Shown: positions 9,107 to 17,522 of the stretch, piece after piece
Layout: each line of letters starts with the position of its first letter
How positions within the stretch are numbered: position 1 is the stretch's first letter
Assembly: GCA_019113175.1 (NCBI GenBank)
Contig: DXHY01000045.1
Location: 361-64,360, forward strand
DNA: 64,000 bases
DNA from: Candidatus Eisenbergiella stercoravium
Lineage (GTDB): Bacteria > Bacillota > Clostridia > Lachnospirales > Lachnospiraceae
Direction of reading: 5' to 3'
Made by a program: the position numbers and the translations under genes
Notes under the pieces: generated by a model
The model's input: the letters and a program-made list of their open reading frames with translations, nothing else
What the model was told of the DNA's origin: nothing
Databases searched by the model: none

Positions 9107-10480
9107 TCAGGCATTCGCGTTCCGGGGCATATTGCGTTTCAGCCAGTTGCCGCGCAGATAGTAGATGATGAACATGACGGAGGTGACGGCCCAGGTCAGC
9201 GGATAGCTGAAGGCGACGGTGGCCAGATCCCTGTGCAGGGGAACAATGCCCAGAATCCAGATCACGCGCAGGACGCAGACGCCGAAACAGGTCAGCAGCA
9301 TGGGGATGATGGAATCTCCGCAGCCCCTGGCGGTTCCGCCCAGAATTTCGATGCAGATATAGGTGATATAGGTAGGTGCGATCACATGGATGATGGACAT
9401 GCCGATGTTCACTACGCCGGGATCGTCGGTGAACAGGCCCAGGAAAATGCGGCCTCCAGCCATGACGATGACACTCAGCAGCACGCTGGTGAAGGCGGAC
9501 ATTCCCATACAGACGCGCACACTTTTTTTGATGCGGTCATACTTGCCCGCACCGAAATTCTGTCCGGCGAAGGTGGTGATGGAAACGCCGTAAGCGCTCA
9601 TGATCATCCAGAACATGCCGTCCACCTTGCTGTAGGCTGTCCAGGCGGCGATGGTATCCGTCCCGAAGGAGTTGATGCTGGCCTGAATGATCAGGTTGGA
9701 AACGGAGTACATGGTAGACTGCAGGCCCGCCGGCAGTCCGATCCGGATGATGGCGGACAGGATGCTGGGGGAGAAGCGGATTTCCCGCGGATACAGCTTG
9801 TACATGTCGTCGGTTTTCATCAGCGCATAGAGAACCATGCCGGCGCTGGCAAACTGAGAAAGGGTGGTGGCGATGGCGACGCCTGCCACGCCCATTTTCA
9901 AAACTACCACAAAGAACAGATCCAGCACGATGTTGGTCAGGGTGGAGGCAATCAGGTAATACAGAGGACGTTTGGAGTCCCCGATGGCGCGCAGAATACC
10001 TGATCCCATGTTGTAGATCAGGGACGGGATTACGCCGAGAAAATAGATTCTCATATAGATGAGGGACAGGCCCATGATGTCTTCCGGCGTGTTCATGACA
10101 CGAAGCGCGATTCCGGCGAAGGCAATGCCCAGAATCATGATGATTGCGCCGCCCGCGATGGACAGGGCGATGGAGGTATGTACTGCCTTGCGCACGTCAT
10201 CCCTGTTTTTCGCACCGTAGAACTGGGAAATGACTACTGTGGCGCCGGAGGAAAGACCGGTGAAGAAACCCACCAGAAGATTGATCAGGGTGGAGGCGGG
10301 GCCGCCTACCGCGGCGAGCGCCTGCTTGCCTACAAAGTTTCCCACCACTACGGCGTCTGTCGTATTATAAAGCTGCTGAAAAAAGGTACCGAACAGGATA
10401 GGGAAGAAGAAGACCAGAAGCTGCTTCCAGATAACTCCTTCCGTGATCTGATTGATATCCATTTTTTTCCCGGTTTTCAT
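9107..10480 (-). CDS. MATE family efflux transporter
   Basis: 12-TM profile. The FQQLYNTTDAVVVGNFVGKQALAAVG motif is typical of MATE/NorM. The start is ambiguous (10507, 10480 or 10462). Confidence 0.85.
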   Translation of the reverse strand: MKTGKKMDINQITEGVIWKQLLVFFFPILFGTFFQQLYNTTDAVVVGNFVGKQALAAVGGPASTLINLLVGFFTGLSSGATVVISQFYGAKNRDDVRKAVHTSIALSIAGGAIIMILGIAFAGIALRVMNTPEDIMGLSLIYMRIYFLGVIPSLIYNMGSGILRAIGDSKRPLYYLIASTLTNIVLDLFFVVVLKMGVAGVAIATTLSQFASAGMVLYALMKTDDMYKLYPREIRFSPSILSAIIRIGLPAGLQSTMYSVSNLIIQASINSFGTDTIAAWTAYSKVDGMFWMIMSAYGVSITTFAGQNFGAGKYDRIKKSVRVCMGMSAFTSVLLSVIVMAGGRIFLGLFTDDPGVVNIGMSIIHVIAPTYITYICIEILGGTARGCGDSIIPMLLTCFGVCVLRVIWILGIVPLHRDLATVAFSYPLTWAVTSVMFIIYYLRGNWLKRNMPRNANA

Positions 10481-10834
10481 GATGTGGTCCGCCTTTCCGT
10501 TTTCCATAAATGGCTGTTGCGAATGACATCCCGGAACAGAAATTCCGGGATGAACGCCTCTATTATAAGAGAAGACAGAGAGAAACTCAAGGGGGATAAA
10601 GGACTTTCTGAAAGATTTCCATCCGATTTCTGTACGGATTCGTATCCGGACACCGGCTTACAGGTTTGCGGACAGATAGACAGCCGGACGATTCCGTGAT
10701 AAAATGTCGCCGTACCAGATAATGTGATGAAAAGAGATTGCTTTTCGTCTTTCGTATTCAGCCCGGTATGTAAGGCGTTTCTATGGGGAATGCTGGGAAG
10801 GAAAACGGTTGGAAACGGAGGATGAAAGGAAGCG

Positions 10835-11584
10835 ATGTCAGTCAGGAACGCAGGGCGGGAGGAATGGATCCGCTGGTATTACTCGGTGGAAGGCCGGGAC
10901 AGGAGGGCGGTGTTCATTCCGACGGTCCATATCCGCAGAAACAAAGGATCGGAGGCATCCATACGGGCGGCGCTGGGAGAAAAAAGGCTGAAGCTTGATT
11001 TCCCGCCTGAGGCGGTGCGCTTTTCAGGAAAAAAGGAGGGAATCCGGATTGGAAACTGCTTCTTTTCTTCGAAAGGCATTGTTGTACGCCTGGAGGCCTG
11101 GATGAACGGGAGGCTGGTCCCGGTTATGGGGAGGCTCGTTTTTTCCGGAAGGCGTCCCTGCTGTAAGGCGAGAGGTTTTCTTGATATTGGCGGTGAAAGG
11201 CTTTCTTTTCAGGAAGGCCGGGCCTGTGTGGAGAAGGAATGGGGAAAACGCCTGCCCTCCTGGGATTTCCGGTGCTGGTGCGGATGGGCGGGCAGAGAAG
11301 AAAACAGCCTGTCGGTCCATGTGGCGGAAGGGCGGCCAGGTGGCGGAAGACTCCGTTGCAGCGCGCTTCTGCGGCTGGATGGAAGCGTGTACCGGCTGAA
11401 TACGGGAAGGGGAGCCAGAATCCTGAGATTCGACGGCAGACAGGTACTGATCGCCCAGAGCGGGCTCCGGCTGCATGTGAAGACGACTTACGGCGGCCTC
11501 TGGTGCCGCTTCTGGAAAAGGAATAAGCTGATTCTGGAATACATTGGAACGGGCAGCGTCTCGTTCGCTTCCGGAAACATGTAA
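10835..11584 (+). CDS. Hypothetical protein, possibly tocopherol-cyclase-like family (short, R/C/W-rich)
   Basis: 249-aa ORF. W.RWYY....G...AVFIP and EKEWGK.LPSW resemble the bacterial tocopherol cyclase-like family (GWYFK ... EKDWG..FP). The unusual composition leaves coding status and intactness uncertain. Confidence 0.35.
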   Translation: MSVRNAGREEWIRWYYSVEGRDRRAVFIPTVHIRRNKGSEASIRAALGEKRLKLDFPPEAVRFSGKKEGIRIGNCFFSSKGIVVRLEAWMNGRLVPVMGRLVFSGRRPCCKARGFLDIGGERLSFQEGRACVEKEWGKRLPSWDFRCWCGWAGREENSLSVHVAEGRPGGGRLRCSALLRLDGSVYRLNTGRGARILRFDGRQVLIAQSGLRLHVKTTYGGLWCRFWKRNKLILEYIGTGSVSFASGNM

Positions 11585-11650
11585 AAGAGAGGCGCACGAA
11601 CATAGTTCGTGCTGATATAGTGCCGCCTGGCGGCTGAAGGTGAGGAAAGG

Positions 11651-12085
11651 ATGAATATACTGGTGAGTGCCTGTCTTCTGGGCGTGTGCTGCCGTTACAA
11701 CGGAACCGGTGAGGAAAATGAAAGCGTGAGACGGCTTCAGGAAAGACACAGCCTGATTCCGGTCTGCCCGGAGATCTACGGCGGGCTTTCCACCCCGCGT
11801 TCCCCGGCAGAGCGCGTGGGAGACCGGGTGATGGCAAAGGACGGCACGGATGTGACCGGGCAGTATGAAAAGGGAGCGCAGGAGGCGCTGCGCCTGGCGG
11901 AATATTTCGGCTGTACGGCAGCTGTCCTGAAGGCGAGAAGCCCATCCTGCGGCAAGGGAAGGATTCATGACGGAACCTTTGGGGGCGGCATGACGGACGG
12001 GGACGGCGTCACAACACAGCTTCTTGAGGCGCACGGCATCCGGGTGTATAATGAGACCGATGAGAAGGAACTTCAGAAGCTGTAA
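11651..12085 (+). CDS. DUF523 domain-containing protein
   Basis: MNILVSACLLGVCCRYNG...IPVCPEIYGGLSTPR is the canonical DUF523 N-terminus. Confidence 0.8.
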   Translation: MNILVSACLLGVCCRYNGTGEENESVRRLQERHSLIPVCPEIYGGLSTPRSPAERVGDRVMAKDGTDVTGQYEKGAQEALRLAEYFGCTAAVLKARSPSCGKGRIHDGTFGGGMTDGDGVTTQLLEAHGIRVYNETDEKELQKL

Positions 12086-12096
12086 AAATACGAAAG

Positions 12097-13410
12097 ATGG
12101 ATGAACGAATGAAAAAAACGGACGAAAGATATGAAGCCTATCTGAACATACTGAAAAAGGAGCTGGTTCCCGCCTTCGGCTGTACGGAGCCCATTGCGGT
12201 AGCCTATGCGGCCGCCTGCCTGCGCGGTCTGCTGGGAGGCAGGCCGGAAACGCTTCAGGTGGAGGCCTCCGGCAACATCATTAAAAATGTGAAAAGCGTG
12301 ATCGTTCCCAATACGGGAGGAATGAAGGGCATCGAAGCCGCAGCCGCAGCGGGGATCATCTCCGGAAGAGAGGACCGTCAGCTGGAGGTTCTGGAGGAAC
12401 TGACGGAGGAAGATCAGAAAGCCATACATACTTATCTGGAAAAGACGCCTGTTACAGTCACGCAGGCGCCGGGAGATCTGACCTTTGACCTGGTCGTGAC
12501 GGGAGAACGGGACGGTCATAAGGGAAAGGTCCGCATCGCGGGCGCGCATACGAATGTGGTTTTAAAGGAGCTGGACGGAGAGGTTCTTCTGAAAAAGGAA
12601 ATCGGCAGCTGCTATTCCTCAGAAACGGAGAATGAAGAGGCGGAAGGCCCTTCGCTGACCATAGAGGGGATCGTGGACTTCGCCGTTTCGGTGGAACCTG
12701 AGGATGTGCAGGAGACGCTGGAGAGGCAGATCGCCTACAATACCGCCATTTCCGCCGAGGGACTGCGGGGAGATTATGGTGCGAACGTGGGGCGGGTGCT
12801 GCTTTCCACCTATGGAGACGATGTGAAGGTGCGGGCCCGTGCTGCGGCAGCGGCAGGCTCCGATGCCAGAATGAACGGCTGTGAGCTTCCGGTGGTCATC
12901 AATTCCGGAAGCGGTAATCAGGGCCTGACTGCCTCTCTGCCCGTGATCGAATACGCGAAGGAGATCGGAGCGGACCGGGAGAAGCTGTACCGCGCTCTGG
13001 TGATCTCCAATCTGACCGCGGTGCATCTGAAGGAAGGGATCGGCAGGCTGTCCGCCTACTGCGGCGCTGTCACCGCAGGAGCGGGAGCGGGCGCCGGAAT
13101 CGCATGGCTGCTGGGCGGAGGACTGGATGAAATCAACCACACCATCGTGAACACCCTCGCGAACGTTTCCGGAATCATCTGTGACGGGGCGAAGGCATCC
13201 TGCGCCGCGAAGATCGCCACCTCCGTGGAGGCGGGCATTCTGGGCTACTACATGTACAAAAACGGTCAGGAATTCCGCGGCGGAGACGGCATCGTGAAAA
13301 AGGGCGTGGAGCGGACCATAGAAAATGTGGCCAGGCTTGGCCGGGACGGCATGCGGGAGACGGACAGGGAGATACTGGAAATCATGATCGGAGATGCCGG
13401 ACAGGCATGA
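12097..13410 (+). CDS. UPF0597 / L-cysteine desulfidase family protein (serine dehydratase alpha-like)
   Basis: FGCTEPIAVAYAAA near the N-terminus, length 437 aa, and Gly/Ala-rich conserved blocks. Confidence 0.75.
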   Translation: MDERMKKTDERYEAYLNILKKELVPAFGCTEPIAVAYAAACLRGLLGGRPETLQVEASGNIIKNVKSVIVPNTGGMKGIEAAAAAGIISGREDRQLEVLEELTEEDQKAIHTYLEKTPVTVTQAPGDLTFDLVVTGERDGHKGKVRIAGAHTNVVLKELDGEVLLKKEIGSCYSSETENEEAEGPSLTIEGIVDFAVSVEPEDVQETLERQIAYNTAISAEGLRGDYGANVGRVLLSTYGDDVKVRARAAAAAGSDARMNGCELPVVINSGSGNQGLTASLPVIEYAKEIGADREKLYRALVISNLTAVHLKEGIGRLSAYCGAVTAGAGAGAGIAWLLGGGLDEINHTIVNTLANVSGIICDGAKASCAAKIATSVEAGILGYYMYKNGQEFRGGDGIVKKGVERTIENVARLGRDGMRETDREILEIMIGDAGQA

Positions 13411-13465
13411 AAACGGTCCTGATCCGCATAGGTTGAAGGGAAAGACAGAGAAACCGGAGGCCTGC

Positions 13466-15325
13466 ATGGATTCTCAGAAGCTGGAAGATGTTCTGAACCT
13501 GAGTCTGGATTCTACGATGGAAGAGAGGGAGAAGTCACTGACATTAAATGTGGGATTCAATGAAGCGGAGCAGACCTGGGAGCTGATCGTCAAATTTCAC
13601 GGGGATTTAAGCCGTCTGAACGACGGCCGCATCAGCGTGGAGGTTCTGCTTGCCGGATACGCCATCGTGACGATTCCGGAAAGTATGATCCCGGCGCTTA
13701 CCGCGCTGGATGAAATTGAATATGTGGAAAAGCCCAGAGAGCTTTTGTACAATGTGTATAATGCAAAGCGGCAGTCCTGTTTCCCTCCGGTGGGAGATTT
13801 TTCGGGGGAAGGGACTGGCGCTTTTTCTTCCCGGCAGGCCGTTCTGCAGGATATGATGTCTGATCCGGAATACCGGAACGGGAGGATATCCGCAGGAGCT
13901 GCGTCCGGAAGCGGCGGCCTGACCGGCGCCGGATGCCTGGTGGCGGTGTTTGATTCCGGAATCGATTATTTTCTTCCTGATTTTCAGAACCGGGATGGAA
14001 GCCGGATCCTGTACCTTTGGGATCAGACGCTTCAGCCGGATGAGGAAAGGGGATTTTATCCTCCGGAAGGGTTCGCCATGGGCGTGGAATTCACCAAAGA
14101 AAGAATCGACGCAGCCATTGCTCTGGGAGAGACGGAAGGCTTCACGCTGGTTCCAAGCGCGGATGTATCAGGCCATGGAACTGCGGTGGCGGCCATTGCG
14201 GCGGGAAGCAGCACCAACGCCCGCTACACGGGAGCCGCGCCCGGCGCATCTCTGCTGATCGTCAGGCTGGGGCAGGCGGGAAGCGGTTCCTATCCCAGAA
14301 CGACGCAGCTCATGCGGGCCATGGCATACGCCCTGCAAAAGGCTCAGGAGCTCGGAATGCCTCTGGCGGTGAACTTAAGCTTCGGAAACAGCTACGGGGC
14401 GCATGACGGCTCTTCTCTGCTGGAACGCTTTCTGGACAACGCCTCCGAGGTGTGGAAGAATGTGATCTGTGCCGGAGCGGGAAATGAGGGCGCGTCTGCC
14501 GGCCATGTATCGGGCCGCCTCACGCAGGAGCGTGCAGTGGAGCTGGCTGTCGGAGAATATGAAAGCAGCATTAACGTCCAGCTCTGGAAGAATTTTTCAG
14601 ACCGCTTCCGGATTGCTCTTCTCACCCCGTCCGGGCAGCGGATCGACGTGCCTGTGGACCGGGTCGGCCGGATTACGGTGACGGTGGAGCAGACACAGAT
14701 CCTGATCTATGTAGGGGAACCCTCTCCCTATTCAGTGAATCAGGAGATCTACTTTGATTTTCTCCCCGTGAACAGCTTTATCAATTCCGGAATCTGGATC
14801 TTCCTTCTGGAGCCGGTATATATCGTCGCGGGAGAATTTCAGATGTACCTGCCGGGCCAGGCGGTGCGCACGGACGACACCCGTTTTTTTGATCCCACGC
14901 CGGAGCTGACTCTGACCATTCCCTCCACCGCCGGAAAGCTCATCACCGTGGGCGCAATTCAGGGAGACTATGACGCCTATGCGGATTTTTCCGGCCGCGG
15001 CGTGCGGGGACAGGAACAGCTTCCCGGCTTCCCCAACACCAAGCCGGATCTCGCCGCACCCGGCGTAGGGATTGTCACCGCCCGCGCGGGCGGCGGCCAT
15101 GAGGCTTACACAGGTACATCCTTCGCGGTTCCTCTGGTGACCGGGGCCGCCGCGCTTTTGATGGAATGGGGGATCGTGCGCGGAAACGATCCCTACCTCT
15201 ATGGGGAGAAGCTGAAGGCCTTTCTCCAGCGCGGGGCCAGGAGGGTCAGGGGGGAGGAAGCTTTGCCCAATTCAAAGGTCGGATACGGAGCCTTGTGCGT
15301 CGGGGACAGCCTGCCGGAGGGCTGA
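13466..15325 (+). CDS. S8 family serine peptidase (subtilisin-like)
   Basis: Catalytic triad contexts DSGIDY, HGTAVAAIAAG and GTSFAVPLVTGAAALL. A CCGGAGG SD lies before ATG 13466. Confidence 0.85.
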   Translation: MDSQKLEDVLNLSLDSTMEEREKSLTLNVGFNEAEQTWELIVKFHGDLSRLNDGRISVEVLLAGYAIVTIPESMIPALTALDEIEYVEKPRELLYNVYNAKRQSCFPPVGDFSGEGTGAFSSRQAVLQDMMSDPEYRNGRISAGAASGSGGLTGAGCLVAVFDSGIDYFLPDFQNRDGSRILYLWDQTLQPDEERGFYPPEGFAMGVEFTKERIDAAIALGETEGFTLVPSADVSGHGTAVAAIAAGSSTNARYTGAAPGASLLIVRLGQAGSGSYPRTTQLMRAMAYALQKAQELGMPLAVNLSFGNSYGAHDGSSLLERFLDNASEVWKNVICAGAGNEGASAGHVSGRLTQERAVELAVGEYESSINVQLWKNFSDRFRIALLTPSGQRIDVPVDRVGRITVTVEQTQILIYVGEPSPYSVNQEIYFDFLPVNSFINSGIWIFLLEPVYIVAGEFQMYLPGQAVRTDDTRFFDPTPELTLTIPSTAGKLITVGAIQGDYDAYADFSGRGVRGQEQLPGFPNTKPDLAAPGVGIVTARAGGGHEAYTGTSFAVPLVTGAAALLMEWGIVRGNDPYLYGEKLKAFLQRGARRVRGEEALPNSKVGYGALCVGDSLPEG

Positions 15326-15416
15326 ACGGCAGCGGGCGGCCATACCCCATGGAATGGATGCGGGAGCCTGCCGGAAAGTCCTTCTTTCTTCTGGAAATGG
15401 ATCTGCCCATATCTGT

Positions 15417-17132
15417 TCACTCCATATATCCACCCTTCATCGGCGATACTGCCAGAGAGGCAAACTGCTTCAGCACCCCTTTTTCATATCTGCTTTTCGG
15501 AGGCGTCCAGGCTGCTTTGCGCTGCCGCAGAACCTCCTCGATCTGCGTTTCTTCCATCCGCTGTCCATTTACGCCGATGAGGCGGAGAATGCGTTTTTCA
15601 ATGTCCAGTTCGATCAGATCCCCATCCTCTACCAGGGCGATAGGACCGCCCTCCGCGGCTTCCGGAGAGATGTGCCCTACGGCGGGGCCCTTGGACGCGC
15701 CGGAAAAGCGCCCATCCGTCAGCAGAGCGATGCTGGAAGCAAGAAGCGGATCGGAGGCGATGGCCTCGGTAGTATAGAACATTTCCGGCATGCCGCTTCC
15801 CTTCGGCCCTTCGTAGCGGATGATGACCGCATCGCCGGGCTGGACCCTGTGGGTGAGCACCGCGTTCAGGGCGTCCTCTTCACAGTCAAAGGGCCGGGCG
15901 GTGAGAATGGCGGAAAACATTTCCTTCGGCACCACAGTATGCTTGACCACAGCGCCGTCCGGAGCCAGATTGCCCTTCAGCACTGCTACGCTTCCGTTTG
16001 TGCCGAAGGGATGATCGAACGGACGTATCACATCCTCCTTTTTCAGGCCGTAATCGGCAAGGCGCTTCTGACGTTCTTCGTAGAAGCCGCTTTTCTTTAG
16101 CTCATCCAGATTTTCTCCGAGCGTTTTTCCTGTTACGGTCATCACGTCCAGATGCAGCATGCTGCGGATTTCCTCCATCACCGCCGGAACACCGCCCGCA
16201 TAGGAGAAGAACTGGGCGGGCCACTTTCCGGCGGGACGGATGTTCAGCAGGTAGTGCGCGCCCCGATGGAGGCGGTCGAAGCTGTCCGCATCCAGCCGGA
16301 TTCCGAATTCGTGGGCGATGGCGGGAAGGTGAAGGAGTGAATTTGTGGAGCCGGAGATCGCTGCGTGTACCATTATCGCATTTTCAAAGGACTGTTCCGT
16401 GACGATATCGGAGGGCGTAAGTCCCATCCGGGCAAGGCGCACCGCCTGCCTGCCCGCTGCGGCTGCGGCTTCCCGCAGGCCGCTTTCCGCGGCAGGCATG
16501 AGTGCCGTCCCCGGAAGAGCCAGGCCCAGCGCTTCCGCCATGATCTGCATGGTAGAGGCGGTTCCCATGAAGGAGCAGGAGCCGCAGGAGGGGCAGGCGT
16601 GCGTCTGATAAAAATGAAACTGTTCCGCACTGATCTCGCCGCGCTCATACATGGCGCTGTATGCCCCGATCTGTTCCAGGGTCAGCAGGTCCGGACCTGC
16701 GTTCATGACGCCTCCCGGCAGGACGACACAGGGAATATTGATACGGCCCGCCGCCATCAGATGCGCCGGCATGCTTTTGTCGCAGCCTGCGATATAAACC
16801 GCTCCGTCGAAGGGCGTGGCGCAGGCGTGGATTTCGATCATATTCGCCATCATGTCCCGGGAGGGCAGGGAATAGTTCATCCCGTCATGTCCCTGTGCCT
16901 CTCCATCGCAGATGTCCGTGCAGAAATATCTTGCCCCGTATCCCCCTTCCTGTGCTGCTCCTTCTTTGGCCTTTTCCGCCAGTTCCAGCAGATGGACGCT
17001 GCCCGGGTGGCTGTCTCCGAAAGAGCTTTCGATGAGGATCTGCGGCTTTTCAAGATCCTCCATTTTCCATCCTGTTCCCAGCCGGAGAGGATCCAGCTCC
17101 GGCGCCTGTTTTCTTAATTCCTGACTTCTCAT
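15417..17132 (-). CDS. IlvD/Edd family dehydratase (sugar-acid dehydratase-like)
   Basis: 571 aa. CDGEAQGHDGMNYSLPSRD, PGGVMNAG and TDGRFSGAS blocks are typical of dihydroxy-acid/aldonate dehydratases. The genomic context is sugar use rather than the ilv operon. Confidence 0.8.
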   Translation of the reverse strand: MRSQELRKQAPELDPLRLGTGWKMEDLEKPQILIESSFGDSHPGSVHLLELAEKAKEGAAQEGGYGARYFCTDICDGEAQGHDGMNYSLPSRDMMANMIEIHACATPFDGAVYIAGCDKSMPAHLMAAGRINIPCVVLPGGVMNAGPDLLTLEQIGAYSAMYERGEISAEQFHFYQTHACPSCGSCSFMGTASTMQIMAEALGLALPGTALMPAAESGLREAAAAAGRQAVRLARMGLTPSDIVTEQSFENAIMVHAAISGSTNSLLHLPAIAHEFGIRLDADSFDRLHRGAHYLLNIRPAGKWPAQFFSYAGGVPAVMEEIRSMLHLDVMTVTGKTLGENLDELKKSGFYEERQKRLADYGLKKEDVIRPFDHPFGTNGSVAVLKGNLAPDGAVVKHTVVPKEMFSAILTARPFDCEEDALNAVLTHRVQPGDAVIIRYEGPKGSGMPEMFYTTEAIASDPLLASSIALLTDGRFSGASKGPAVGHISPEAAEGGPIALVEDGDLIELDIEKRILRLIGVNGQRMEETQIEEVLRQRKAAWTPPKSRYEKGVLKQFASLAVSPMKGGYME

Positions 17133-17522
17133 TTAAATCTCCATTCCGGAGCGTAGCGACGGGGCGAAGAGAAAGCGTGAATGCGATTTCTCTGATGCCT
17201 GAGGGCTATTCGTGACGCTCCGGCACAAATAGCCGTTTGAGCAATAAGCCATCAGGCTTATTTTTCAAACTTTTCCTCCATGATACAGGATGACCGGCTT
17301 TTGGTGAAATGACAACGATCCGGATACAAAACCTGTTTGGGGAAATTATAAAACGGATGGAAAGAAGGTTCAATAAAATCCGGCATATTAAAAGGATGAA
17401 TTTGAAGCCGATCCGCCAGATGGAAAATTTCAGCAGAAGATAGTTACTCTTTTTCCATCTTCCATGATATAATTTCCCTGTCATTATGACAAATGAGTTA
17501 AGGAGAGGAAAGGAGAACTCAG

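Noticed and set aside
10178-10998. ORFs 10178-10699, 10783-10998 and 10809-10991 in and near the MATE upstream region.
   Set aside because: The first is mostly antisense to the MATE gene. The others overlap the 5' end of the 10835-11584 ORF in other frames, without an SD or motifs.
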